Positions 50,045-61,311 of a stretch of DNA of 64,000 nucleotides are shown here, one piece after another. The stretch covers positions 1,280,001 to 1,344,000 of the forward strand of contig CAWGMA010000001.1 of the NCBI GenBank assembly GCA_963823555.1, read 5' to 3'. Source of the DNA: Candidatus Eiseniibacteriota bacterium. GTDB lineage: Bacteria > Eisenbacteria > RBG-16-71-46 > CAVPCR01. The notes under the pieces are model-generated. The model did no database searches. It had not been told where the DNA came from and was given only the letters and a program-made list of their open reading frames with translations. Within the stretch, counting starts at the first letter, position 1, and each line of letters begins with the position of its first letter. The position numbers and the translations under genes were made by a program.

Positions 50045-51181
50045 CTACTGAGCGGCCGCGATCGCGAGCACCTGGTCGGCGACGTATTCGCGGTCCTGAT
50101 CCGCCAACTCGGGGAAGATCGGCAAGCACAGGTTCTCTGCGGCGGCGCGTTCGGCGCGCGGAAAGTCGCCGGGCTTGTGGCCGAGGCCGTGGAGCGCTTC
50201 CTGGAGCGGCAGGATACCGGGATAGTACACGGCCGTGCCGACCCCGCGCTCGGCGAGTGCGCTGGCGAAGCGATCGCGGTCGCGGACGCGCAGCGCATAT
50301 TGATTGTAGATGTGGTGGACGTTCGCCCGCTCGACGGGCGGCGTCACCCCCGACCCGGCGAGCCGGGTGGTGTAGGCATGGGCGTGGCGTCGTCGCTCCG
50401 CCGAGTAACGGGCGAGGTGAGGCAGCTTGACGAGCAGCATCGCTGCCTGCATGGCGTCGAGGCGGCTGTTGGTGCCGAGGATTCGTGTCACGTACTTCGG
50501 ACGCGATCCATGGACCCGGAGCAGCCGCAGCTTGTCGGCGAGCGCGTCATCGTTGGTGGTGATCATGCCCCCGTCGCCCAGACCGCCCAGGTTCTTCGTC
50601 GGGTAGAAGCTGAAGCACCCGAGATCACCCAGGCTACCGGCCGGCCGGCCGCGATCCGTGGCGCCGAGAGCCTGGGCCGCGTCCTCGATGACACCGATCT
50701 CCCGTGCGCGCGCCAGTTCGAGGATCGGGTCCATGTCGGCGCACTGACCGAAGAGGTGAACGGGCATGATGGCCCGGGTCCGCGGGGTGATCGCGGCCGC
50801 AAGCAGGGCCGGATCGAGATTCCAGGTGGCCGGGTCGATGTCGACGAAGACCGGTCGGGCGCCGACCAGCATGATCGCTCCGGCCGTGGCGAAGAAGCTG
50901 TAGGCGGAGGTCACGACCTCGTCGCCGGGTCCGATGTCCATGGCCCTGAGGCTCAGGATCAAGGCGTCGGTCCCGGAGGCCACGCCGACGGCGTGCTTGA
51001 CCGCGCAGAGCCGTGCGACCTCGGTTTCGAGAGCCCCGACCTTGGGCCCGAGAATGAACGCGCCCGAATCGATCACCTCGCGGACGGCAGATTCGAGCTC
51101 GCTCTTCAGGGCCTCGTGCTGGGCCCTGAGATCCATGGCCGGCACTTTCCTCAGGGGTGGAGCCGGCATCGATTGCGACAT
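50045..51181 (-). CDS. DegT/DnrJ/EryC1/StrS aminotransferase (WbpE-like)
   Basis: SGTDAL, PVHLFGQ, EDAAQA, SFYPTKNLGGLGDGG, NSRLD. Confidence 0.92.
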   Translation of the reverse strand: MSQSMPAPPLRKVPAMDLRAQHEALKSELESAVREVIDSGAFILGPKVGALETEVARLCAVKHAVGVASGTDALILSLRAMDIGPGDEVVTSAYSFFATAGAIMLVGARPVFVDIDPATWNLDPALLAAAITPRTRAIMPVHLFGQCADMDPILELARAREIGVIEDAAQALGATDRGRPAGSLGDLGCFSFYPTKNLGGLGDGGMITTNDDALADKLRLLRVHGSRPKYVTRILGTNSRLDAMQAAMLLVKLPHLARYSAERRRHAHAYTTRLAGSGVTPPVERANVHHIYNQYALRVRDRDRFASALAERGVGTAVYYPGILPLQEALHGLGHKPGDFPRAERAAAENLCLPIFPELADQDREYVADQVLAIAAAQ

Positions 51182-51250
51182 GTCATCCTCGCTCTAGGCG
51201 GCCGGGTGCGGGCCGCACCGGTTCGGATCCTTGCGGGTTGCGGGCGGGAT

Positions 51251-52042
51251 CTAGCTCCAGCCCTTCTTGACATCTTCCCAGATCTGCTGGTCCAGGAGCT
51301 CGGCCGTGGCCACATCGCGGACGACGCGCGCCGGGGAGCCCATGACCAGTTTACCCGCTGGCACATCGCGGGTGACGACCGAGCCGGCGGCGACGACGCC
51401 GTCCGCTTCGATGGTGATCCCGGGCAGGATGACGGCGGCGAGCCCGATGCGGCCCCCACGACGGATGGTGACTCCCTTGAAGTGTTTGAGCCGCTCTTCG
51501 GTGCGGCCCATGAAGCGGTCGTTGGATGTGGCTACCATGGGGGCCACGAACACGCGGTTCTCGATCACCGAATAGGCCGTGATGTAGGAGCCCGTCTCGA
51601 GCTTCACATAGCCACCGATCACGCAGTCGTTCTCGACCGTGACGGCTCGCCCGACGATGGTCCGATCTCCAATCGTGACGCGCTCGCGCACAGCGGCACC
51701 GTCGGCCACCAGCACTCGGGCTCCAAGCCGGGCGCCGCGATAGATCACGCTCCCGGTGCCGATGATCGTCCCGTCCCCGATGCGCAGCGCTTCGAGCTGT
51801 GCCTCGCGCGTCACTGCGGTGTTGGCTGCGCGCATCGGCTCCTTGCCGAGGACGGAATGATCATCGATACGCACCCCCGCCCCGATCTCGGTGTCGCGAT
51901 GGACGACGACGCCATGGCCGAGCACCGAGCCGGCGCCGATCCTGGCGCCGGCGGCGATCACACAGAAGGACCCGAGGCGAACGTCGGCGGCGATCGTGGC
52001 CGTGGGGTCGATGCTCTCCGAGCGTGGCGTGTCGTGGCTCAT
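51251..52042 (-). CDS. Hexapeptide-repeat N-acetyltransferase (WbpD-like)
   Basis: Left-handed beta-helix repeats; AAGSVVTRDVP..GSPAR. Confidence 0.85.
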   Translation of the reverse strand: MSHDTPRSESIDPTATIAADVRLGSFCVIAAGARIGAGSVLGHGVVVHRDTEIGAGVRIDDHSVLGKEPMRAANTAVTREAQLEALRIGDGTIIGTGSVIYRGARLGARVLVADGAAVRERVTIGDRTIVGRAVTVENDCVIGGYVKLETGSYITAYSVIENRVFVAPMVATSNDRFMGRTEERLKHFKGVTIRRGGRIGLAAVILPGITIEADGVVAAGSVVTRDVPAGKLVMGSPARVVRDVATAELLDQQIWEDVKKGWS

Positions 52043-52058
52043 GTCGTCCTCTGTTGCG

Positions 52059-53162
52059 TCAGCGGCGGTCCGAGGAAGCCCGGTCGAGGGCGTCTGTGGC
52101 CTCGAGCCGTACCGGCGCTCCCCCACCCGCCAGCGAGTGCGCGGCCGCTTCCAGCACGCGCACGACCCTGAGCCCGTCCACGCCGCTGGCGCGGGGCGAG
52201 CTTCCGGTCGCCACGGCAGTCACGAAATCGCGGCACTCCAGCTCGAGAGGCTCCCGCATCGTGATCTGCGGGATCAAGATGTCCCCGAAGCGGAGCGTCA
52301 GGGCGTCCTTGTACTCGAGGACTCCCCCGGCGGTGCTGCCAACGCCCTTGTCGTAGATGCGGATCTTCTCGGTGGACTCCATGTCATCGAAGACCACCAT
52401 CTTGCGCGATCCAACGAGGGTCAGCCGCCTGAGCTTGTGCGGGTCGAGCCAGCTCAGATGGATGTGCGCAAGCTGTCCCGTGGGGAACTCGAGGTGAAGG
52501 AAGACGACATCCTCGAGATCGGGCTGCAGGTAAGCATGTCCCATGGCCGAGACCGTCGTCGGCATGGCACCGAGCAAGTCGAGGACGACCGAGACATCGT
52601 GGGGACCGAAGCTCCAGAGGGCGTTCTCGTCCTGGCGGATCTTGCCGAGGTTCACCCGCTGGGCGTAGAGGTAGCGAATCTCGCCCAGGTCGCGGGAAGC
52701 GATCAGCTGGCGCAGCTTCTCCACGGCGGGGTGGTAAATGAGCAGGTGTCCCACCATGAGTACCAGCCCGCGCTCGCTGGCTAGCTCGACCAGGTGCTGG
52801 GCGTCACGACTCGATTGTGCCAGCGGCTTCTCGACCAGGACGTGCTTTCCCGCTTCGAGGGCGGCGCGTGCTACCGCGTAGTGCTGGGAGGAGGTGGTGG
52901 CGACTGCCACCGCCTCGATCTCGGGGTCACGGAGGAGGTCTTCGGGATCGGTCGTGAAGCTGGACCGCGGATACAGGCTCTTGAGCGGTGCCAGAGCCTC
53001 CGGTCGAACGTCGGCGAGGCCACGCAGATCCCCGGCCCGGGCCAGGTTGCGGATCAAGTTGCGTCCCCAGTCCCCGGTGCCGATGGCTCCCAGGCGGACC
53101 GGAGTGGTCCTGGTTGGGGCTGGCGGCGACTGCGGGCCTGGGGGCGGTGGATTCGTGGTCAC
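52059..53162 (-). CDS. Gfo/Idh/MocA oxidoreductase (WbpB-like)
   Basis: GTGDWG, HVLVEKP, VGHL, FGPHD; GAGGAG RBS before GTG. Confidence 0.88.
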   Translation of the reverse strand: MTTNPPPPGPQSPPAPTRTTPVRLGAIGTGDWGRNLIRNLARAGDLRGLADVRPEALAPLKSLYPRSSFTTDPEDLLRDPEIEAVAVATTSSQHYAVARAALEAGKHVLVEKPLAQSSRDAQHLVELASERGLVLMVGHLLIYHPAVEKLRQLIASRDLGEIRYLYAQRVNLGKIRQDENALWSFGPHDVSVVLDLLGAMPTTVSAMGHAYLQPDLEDVVFLHLEFPTGQLAHIHLSWLDPHKLRRLTLVGSRKMVVFDDMESTEKIRIYDKGVGSTAGGVLEYKDALTLRFGDILIPQITMREPLELECRDFVTAVATGSSPRASGVDGLRVVRVLEAAAHSLAGGGAPVRLEATDALDRASSDRR

Positions 53163-53396
53163 GCGTTCTCCTCGCAGACACGCCGACGGGCTCATCCCCT
53201 GGGGTGGCAGCCGGTTCGCGACGATGGGCCGGCCACGCTACCACCGCACCGGGGGATCGTCAATCCGAGCGCTTGGTCTCGATGATTCGCTGCGCGCTCG
53301 CCCGCCGGCTCGCTGGACACCGTGCCTCCAAAGCGCGACCCGGCGGGACGGCTCAAGCCGCCCCGCCGGGTCGCGTCCCACCCTCTCCGGTCCGGA

Positions 53397-54851
<1,455 letters not shown>

Positions 54852-55110
54852 GAAAGTGGACTCCTCCCGGCGTTCACGCCATGTTGAGGACTTTGTCAGT
54901 TGCCCGGGCTGGCGCCCGACGCCATGGCGGTCGTGCGGGCGTGAGTGTGATTACGCTCATGTTATCGGTGCGTGCGGGAGAGAGCTGAAGGCAGGAGGGG
55001 GAAGTGGCGCAGTGCGTGCTAATGCCGGGGGATGCTCTGGAACGAGACAGAATGGAAGGCCGACGAGGGTGCCAGGAGTCGGAGCCGATGGGGGCCGGGG
55101 TGGTGCTGGC

Positions 55111-55150
55111 ACACAAACAACCGAGGCCCAGTGCAAGCACCGGGCCTCGG
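55111..55150 (-). terminator. Hairpin with U-rich tail that also contains a sigma54-like GG-N10-GC box
   Basis: CCGAGGCCC-aGTGCaaGCACc-GGGCCTCGG followed on the minus strand by TTGTTTGTGT. Confidence 0.5.
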
Positions 55151-55324
55151 CGGATGGAAAGGCGCGCTCAGCTGCCCTTGCGGCTGAGCGAGGCGGAGCG
55201 GGGCCGTGCTGGCCCCCGCTCCGCCGGACCCCTGGCTAGCTGGCCGCGAGTTCGCTCGGGAACTCGCCGCCGCGCACGCCGGCTCCGGGTTGTGCCTACA
55301 GACCTTCCCGGTCGGCGTGCAGGA

Positions 55325-55594
55325 TCACGGGTGATTGGACACGGGGCATTGGTACAACAAAGAAGGTGCGGGTGCGGAGGGCGCAGTGACCTCCGTCTCC
55401 CCCGTCGGCGCCTGCGCCACTGCCGCACCCTCGACTCCGGAGCCCCCGCTGAGTGCGCTCCGGAAGTCATCCCAGTCGACCCTGAGGATCGACGCCAAGA
55501 CCACGATGAAACTGATCACGATGGCGGCCTCGAGAACGCTGGCGAGCATCGCCAAGAGGCTGTTGTGATGGATTGGGATGGCGTTCTCGCGCAT
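55325..55594 (-). CDS. Small single-TM protein, possibly Flp/TadE pilin-like
   Basis: GGGAG/GGAG RBS; LASVLEAAIVISFIVVLASIL hydrophobic helix; directly downstream of cpaE. Confidence 0.55.
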   Translation of the reverse strand: MRENAIPIHHNSLLAMLASVLEAAIVISFIVVLASILRVDWDDFRSALSGGSGVEGAAVAQAPTGETEVTAPSAPAPSLLYQCPVSNHP

Positions 55595-55611
55595 GGTTGC
55601 TCCGGTCTCCC

Positions 55612-57063
55612 TCATGACGGCTGCAGTAGGCGCTTGAGGAGGCCCTGCTGCGCCTTCTCGACGGCCGCCGCGCGTGAGGGACCGACCTCGCTGAAGACTA
55701 CGGCCAGGGTCCGGAGACTGTCCGCCAGCTCTGTCTTCGGTCCTACATCCTCCACCGGGACGCCGGCATTGATGGCGGCGAAGGCGGTCGCATGGTCGTC
55801 GGGCACGTGCCAGAACACCGGAATGCCGAACGCCTGCTCGAGCTGTTCGTTGACCCTGGCGGCCCGGTGCCGGTTGAGCACGAGTCGCAGGCGGCTGGCG
55901 TGCCCGAGTCGTGTGAAGGTCTCGATCGCGCGCCGCGTGTTCCGAATCGCCGGCAGGTCCAGGGTGGTGACGAGTAGGATGTGGTCGGCCAGGTCGAGCG
56001 CTTCGGCCGTGCGCGCGTCGAATCTCCGGGCCAGGTCGAGGACGATGTGCCCATAGGCACTCCGCAACTGGGTGAGCACGCGGGCGATTTCGCCGGGCGC
56101 GAGTCGATCCACCGCCGCGGCGTCGGCCGGCTGGGCGAGCATGTGAAGTCCCGAACGGTGGCGAATCAGGGGGGACTCGAGCGCCTCGAGGTCGAGGTTG
56201 CCCATCCGGCTCTGGTCGGCGAGATCGACAATCGAACGTTCGGCCTTCACGTTCAGATAGGTGTCCACATCGCCGAGTTCGAGGTTCAGATCGACGATCG
56301 CCGTCCGTCTCTCTTGCCGCGAAAGAAGGACCGCGAGATTGGTGGCCAGGAACGTCGCTCCGAGGCCACCCTTGGCGGCGAAGACGGCGATGATCTGTCC
56401 GGCTGTCCTCTCCACGTCCGTCGTATCCGCCTTGTCGGCAAGCAGGCGGCCCATGGCCTCCCCGACCTCGGAACGGTCCAGAGGTCGAGTCAGCACTTCC
56501 CGAATGCCGGCGCGAAGACCTTGCTTCAAGAGAGCTGGAGCGATGGTCTCGGCGCAGACCAGGATCGTGGTCTGGCGCCGGGCTTCGAGGGTCCTCTCGG
56601 CGAAGGCAAGGGTGGACGCCGGTGTGTCGAGACCGACGAGCACCAGATCCGGCATCTCGCTGAGGACCGCCGCGAACCCTTCCTCGGGTGTCTCGGCCTG
56701 GGCCGCGACGGCAACGCCACGGAGCTCGTCCAGGATGGCAACCGCCTGGGCGCGGAACGCCTGGTTCGATTCCACGATGACGGTGCGAAGCCGAGGCGCT
56801 GCCTTGCGGATGCGCTCGGCTGCTGAGAGGGCGGCCCCTCGCTCGGGGGGGGCGTGCGGAGAACCATCGGAGTGTGAAGGCGACTCTCCTGTCGCCACGA
56901 GGCGGAGGACCCTGCCCCCGACTTCTGCGGACTTCGGCAGCTGGCCCACTTGGGTGCCTCTCCCGGATGGGGCGCCGGCGGGCGAAGCGGGATGCCACAG
57001 CGGAGCGGAGTTCCGCCCGTCCCTTCCCGGCGCCACATTCCGTGGAGAGTGAATGATCACCAT
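55612..57063 (-). CDS. cpaE: CpaE/TadZ-like protein (atypical receiver plus MinD/ParA-like ATPase)
   Basis: Degenerate REC (PDLVLVG), AGIREVL, AKGGLGATFLATNLA, VDLNLELGDV, LVLNR, AINAGVP. Start uncertain and likely downstream of 57063. Confidence 0.8.
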   Translation of the reverse strand: MVIIHSPRNVAPGRDGRNSAPLWHPASPAGAPSGRGTQVGQLPKSAEVGGRVLRLVATGESPSHSDGSPHAPPERGAALSAAERIRKAAPRLRTVIVESNQAFRAQAVAILDELRGVAVAAQAETPEEGFAAVLSEMPDLVLVGLDTPASTLAFAERTLEARRQTTILVCAETIAPALLKQGLRAGIREVLTRPLDRSEVGEAMGRLLADKADTTDVERTAGQIIAVFAAKGGLGATFLATNLAVLLSRQERRTAIVDLNLELGDVDTYLNVKAERSIVDLADQSRMGNLDLEALESPLIRHRSGLHMLAQPADAAAVDRLAPGEIARVLTQLRSAYGHIVLDLARRFDARTAEALDLADHILLVTTLDLPAIRNTRRAIETFTRLGHASRLRLVLNRHRAARVNEQLEQAFGIPVFWHVPDDHATAFAAINAGVPVEDVGPKTELADSLRTLAVVFSEVGPSRAAAVEKAQQGLLKRLLQPS

Positions 57064-57817
57064 GGCCTCATCCTGTTGCGGGCGGCGGGGGGAGCCGAGC
57101 CTCTCGCTCTCGGCTCCCGGCCCCCGGAACCCATCCATCCCTGGCCCCAGGTTCACTGGCGACCGTTTCCCCCGCCAGCCTGCGTTCTCCGACGGCCGGG
57201 CCCAACAGGTCCCGACCTCTCCATGTCGTGCCCGAATCGCGGCCACCCGGTCCACACCCTGCCCGTCATGCGCGCCCCGACTCGGGCACCAGCCTCCTGC
57301 AGCCAACGAACCGGTAGGGCACTAGCCGCAAACCACCTGGGCTCACGGCGGCTGTCAGCCTCACCAGGCAGACAGCCACATCAGTCGTGGGGCACTAAGG
57401 GGCACTGGCGCGATGCGTCCATCGCCGGGGCACGGTCCATCGGTCATGCTCGTTGCGTCGTCGCGCGCCGAGCCCTCAGCGGCCCTCCTCTTTCACGCCT
57501 GGTCGCCGCCGGCGGGAGGCAGCCGCGGTGCTTCTTCGGGATGGGCCTGCCTCCAGCGAGCGCCAATGTGGGTCCAGGCCCAGCAAACCCCAACGGGAAA
57601 TTTGTCATTTCATGGCAACGCGCCATATCACCATGGTTTGCATGATAGTCATGAGATATGACTGCAGGTCATGAAGAGGTGGCCCTGTGGCCCCAGGTCC
57701 GGCATGTGCGCGGTAACTAGTTGTGGAATCGACGGATGATGTTCGTAGGCGGCAGTGGAGTGCGGGTAAACGGCCGTGTATATGGCCGAAAAGATGAGAG
57801 ATAGGCCCTAGCCGCGG

Positions 57818-58594
57818 CTAGCGGGCGCCGCGGCGCGTGATCATGACGACCACGGTACGGGCGAGGATTCGGAGGTCGGTGAAGATGCTGTGGCTGCGGA
57901 TATAAGCGAGGTCGTACTCGAGCTTCTGGCGGACGTCGTCCTCTGAGGCGTCATAGCGGTGCTCGACCTGGGCCAGGCCGGTGATACCTGGTGGAACGCG
58001 GAGGCGGGACCTGTACTGGGGAATGTGCTTGGCGAAACGGTTGACGAAGAAGGGGCGCTCGGGACGGGGGCCGACGAGGCTCATGTCTCCACGGAGCACA
58101 TTCCACAGCTGGGGAATCTCGTCGAGGCGGGTGGCGCGAAGGACGGCTCCGACACGGGTGATGCGAGGATCGTCCTTGAGGGCCCAGGTTGGCCCGGCTT
58201 CGTGCTCGGCATCGGCCACCATGGTGCGGAACTTGTAGATGTCGAAGCGGAGGCCCTCGGCCTCGAGATGGCGTCGGCCGAACCGCCGCTGGTCGCTGGA
58301 GAGTGACGCAGGACTCCGACGCCGGACCGCCCGTCGCCGGTTGAGCCCCACCCGCTCCTGGCGGTAGATGACCGGCCCCGGGGAATCGATGCGGATCGCT
58401 GCCGCGATGATGAGCGAGATGGGGGCGCAGATACCCATGAGCGAGACCGCGCCGACAATGTCCACGACCCTTTTCGCCATCGAGAGGTGAACCGAGGGGT
58501 CGCCCGTCGCCACGTGATCCGCAACCATCTGCACGGGCGCAGCGGTGGCTGCGTCTTCACGTGGCCAGGAGGCTTCGTTGGCAGATCGGGACAT
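57818..58594 (-). CDS. Phosphoglycosyltransferase (bacterial sugar transferase), paralog A
   Basis: [52 protein letters not shown]. Confidence 0.92.
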   Translation of the reverse strand: MSRSANEASWPREDAATAAPVQMVADHVATGDPSVHLSMAKRVVDIVGAVSLMGICAPISLIIAAAIRIDSPGPVIYRQERVGLNRRRAVRRRSPASLSSDQRRFGRRHLEAEGLRFDIYKFRTMVADAEHEAGPTWALKDDPRITRVGAVLRATRLDEIPQLWNVLRGDMSLVGPRPERPFFVNRFAKHIPQYRSRLRVPPGITGLAQVEHRYDASEDDVRQKLEYDLAYIRSHSIFTDLRILARTVVVMITRRGAR

Positions 58595-58659
58595 GGCTTG
58601 GGATCCTCGTGTCAGCTCCGCGCCGCGGTGGCAGCGCGGGGGGTATCGGTTTCCCCCTC

Positions 58660-58675
58660 TGCAATGGCGATGCCA
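58660..58675 (-). promoter_or_regulatory. Sigma54 (-24/-12) promoter
   Basis: Minus strand TGGCATCGCCATTGCA, close to consensus TGGCACNNNNNTTGCW, about 65 nt upstream of the sugar transferase ATG. Confidence 0.75.
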
Positions 58676-58894
58676 GCGGAGGGACCGGATTGGAGTCCGT
58701 GACAGGAAAGTGCGATGACCACAATCGTTTTGATGAATGGGACTTGGGAAGAGTAGCCGAGGTCTGCGGGGAGAGCGGGAGGTGGAAGGAGGCCGGAAGC
58801 TGGGGCGAATCCCGCCAACTCTCTGGGCCAGCAGGCGCACCAGGCGGACGAGCGACGGCTGCCTGAGGGTGGCGCCCCGAACGGAGAAGGCTGG

Positions 58895-59602
58895 CTAGCG
58901 GGCTCCCCGGCGGCTGATCACGACCTGTACGGTGCGAAAGAGGATCTGGACGTCTGTCGTAAGGCGACAGTTTTCTATATAGCGAAGGTCGAAGTCGAGC
59001 TTGTCCCGGACATCTTCCTCGCAACCATCGTAGCTCTGTTCGACCTGCGCCAATCCAGTGATGCCGGGGAGGGCGCGCAGGCGATTTGTATAGCCCGGGA
59101 TGCGCCGCGCGAAGCGGCCCACGAAATGAGGACGTTCGGGGCGTGGTCCGACCAGGCTCATCTCTCCCCGAAGGACGTTCCAGAGCTGGGGTAGTTCATC
59201 GAGGCGCAGGAGCCGCAGCCACTTCCCGATCCGCGTCACGCGTGGATCGTTCTGCAGGGCCCATACCGGGCCGATCCCGTCCTCCGCGCCCACGACCATG
59301 GTCCGGAACTTGTGGATACGGAAGAGCCTGCCTTCGGAGAGGATGCGGCGACGATCCGAGCGCCGTTGCTCGGCCTGGACCGGAATGTGGTCACGCCGCC
59401 GCTCGCGGTGGCGCCGGTTCAAACCCACGCGAATCTGGTGGTAGAGGACCGGCCCTGGGGAGTCGATGACAACCGCCAGCGCCACGAGGGCGAATAAGGG
59501 CAGCAAGATGATGAGCAGGAATCCCGACATGACGATATCGAACAGCCGTTTGGCGAGAACGGTGTTGAAGGGCACGCGAGCGACGGCGCCCGACGTCGTC
59601 AT
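58895..59602 (-). CDS. Phosphoglycosyltransferase (bacterial sugar transferase), paralog B
   Basis: [39 protein letters not shown]. Confidence 0.92.
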   Translation of the reverse strand: MTTSGAVARVPFNTVLAKRLFDIVMSGFLLIILLPLFALVALAVVIDSPGPVLYHQIRVGLNRRHRERRRDHIPVQAEQRRSDRRRILSEGRLFRIHKFRTMVVGAEDGIGPVWALQNDPRVTRIGKWLRLLRLDELPQLWNVLRGEMSLVGPRPERPHFVGRFARRIPGYTNRLRALPGITGLAQVEQSYDGCEEDVRDKLDFDLRYIENCRLTTDVQILFRTVQVVISRRGAR

Positions 59603-59951
59603 GCCAGGAGAGCTCGACTCCCTATCGGGGGATAGCGATATCAAGGTCGTCGGACCTCTCTCGGATGTCTTGGCTGGGATGTCTAGCCGAAGCCTTGGAG
59701 CGGGAACCGGATGGGGCGACCCGGGAGAGCACTCCCGCTCGGTCTCAAGTCTCAAGTGTTCTGCTCAGCGACCCCGCGCCGCCGACCAGTCTTCTGAGTC
59801 CTGCTCTGCCGAGCTGGACACCACGCGCAGGTCAAGATACCACCCGAGCGCATGGGTGCTGCGACTACATCTACAGCTAGAGGCTACCAGAACTGGGAGC
59901 CTCTTTGCAACTGGGACTCATGACCATCGGCCTGGCCGGGCAGGGCCAGGG

Positions 59952-61259
59952 CTAGAAGTCCACCCGGAGGCCCAGACGGCCCGGGCCGGCGGCAATTCCA
60001 GCCCGCACCGGGGCTTCCCGGCAGGATGAGGACCCGGGCTGGCTGGGACGCTCCCCTCCCGCCGCGCTCCGGCTGCCTCTCGGAGGGGACGGGGTCCCCA
60101 GATAGGCATCGATCAGGTTGGCCACCCAAACGCCGGCTGTGACGCCGGCCAGGATGTTGCGCGTATCCCGGTGATTCTTCGCGGTCGAGCTCTGGTCCTC
60201 GACGGCGCCCCGGAAGATCTCCACTTCCTCAGGGTCGGCCAGGGGATCCTCGTAGAGCTCCTCGTAGGCCCTGAGGGTGATCAGGGATTCCTCGTAGGCG
60301 TGCTCGGCCATGAGCAGCCCCGTAACCGAGGCCAGGGCCCCCAGAAAGGCGACTTGCCCCGCCCGCTGGCGCCCAGCGTAGTATTGGCCAAGACCGGGCA
60401 CCAGGGAGCGCAGCACCGCTTCTCCCCGGCTCATCGGGCTCAAGCCGAATGTCAGCGACGTGATATCGGCGTCGACCCGGCCAGGACCCGGAGTGAGGAA
60501 GTAGGTATCGATCAGGGAGACCCCCCAGACCGTCCCCATGAACAGGAGCCAATCCCGGCTGGCGTCGCTGGCCGCTTCCGCCGTCGAGGCCTGCGACGCC
60601 GCATCGAGGCGGATCCGGGCTCGCTCATTGGGATCGCCTCCAGTGGCCTCATTGCTGACGCCGAGATCGTCTTCCGCGTTGCCCCGGCGAACCTCGGCGC
60701 CTATCAAGCCGATGACTCCCACTCCCCCGGCCAGGGCGAATCCCGCGCCGCGGTAGGCATCGCCTTGTCCCCCGGTGAGTTCGGCCAGTCCCGGCCACGC
60801 CACCGCCTTGATGACTCCTCCCGCGCTCGTGGGCCGCGGGGAAGAGAGCTCGACGGGGCCTGCATTTCCAGGGAACTCGACTTCGACTCGCTGGTGCTCG
60901 TAGCCGTAGGAGTTGATCTCGAGTCGGTAGGAGCCAAGGAGATCCCCGGGAAGGGCAAGGGGGGTGACCCCGGTCAGACGGCTGGGCCCGATGAGAGCGG
61001 CATCCGCGCGGTCGGGACGCGTGTTGACCGTGTAGTACCCGGGCCTTTCCTCGACCCATGACGGCGTCCGCGGATCGCCTGGTGTCTGTCCGTTAGCGGC
61101 CGCGGCCAGGAAGATGAGGAGGTAGCTGAGTTCGGGGAGCTGGCGGAATGGAGCCCGGTGGGTCGTGTCGAGTCGAGGCAAGCCGTTTCCTCCCCTGGAG
61201 AACCCCTGGGCGTGGATCCCCGGTAGCAGGTGCGAGGCCTGCTGGCCGCCGCCCTTCAT
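59952..61259 (-). CDS. Hypothetical membrane protein with a PEGA-like region and two DUF5683-like repeats
   Basis: VNTRPDRA..GVTPL..YRLEI..GY; two units of PG-x-x-(E/Q)..W-x-x-x-LID-x-Y. Start uncertain. Confidence 0.55.
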   Translation of the reverse strand: MKGGGQQASHLLPGIHAQGFSRGGNGLPRLDTTHRAPFRQLPELSYLLIFLAAAANGQTPGDPRTPSWVEERPGYYTVNTRPDRADAALIGPSRLTGVTPLALPGDLLGSYRLEINSYGYEHQRVEVEFPGNAGPVELSSPRPTSAGGVIKAVAWPGLAELTGGQGDAYRGAGFALAGGVGVIGLIGAEVRRGNAEDDLGVSNEATGGDPNERARIRLDAASQASTAEAASDASRDWLLFMGTVWGVSLIDTYFLTPGPGRVDADITSLTFGLSPMSRGEAVLRSLVPGLGQYYAGRQRAGQVAFLGALASVTGLLMAEHAYEESLITLRAYEELYEDPLADPEEVEIFRGAVEDQSSTAKNHRDTRNILAGVTAGVWVANLIDAYLGTPSPPRGSRSAAGGERPSQPGSSSCREAPVRAGIAAGPGRLGLRVDF

Positions 61260-61311
61260 GGGCAAGCCGCGGAGGGTCTTGCCGCGGCTGCCGGCCGTTG
61301 CGGCCGCCACG

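Noticed and set aside
57349..57378. Hairpin GGCTGTC-AGCCT-CACC-AGGCA-GACAGCC as an ncRNA
   Set aside because: Single isolated hairpin without U-tract or other support.
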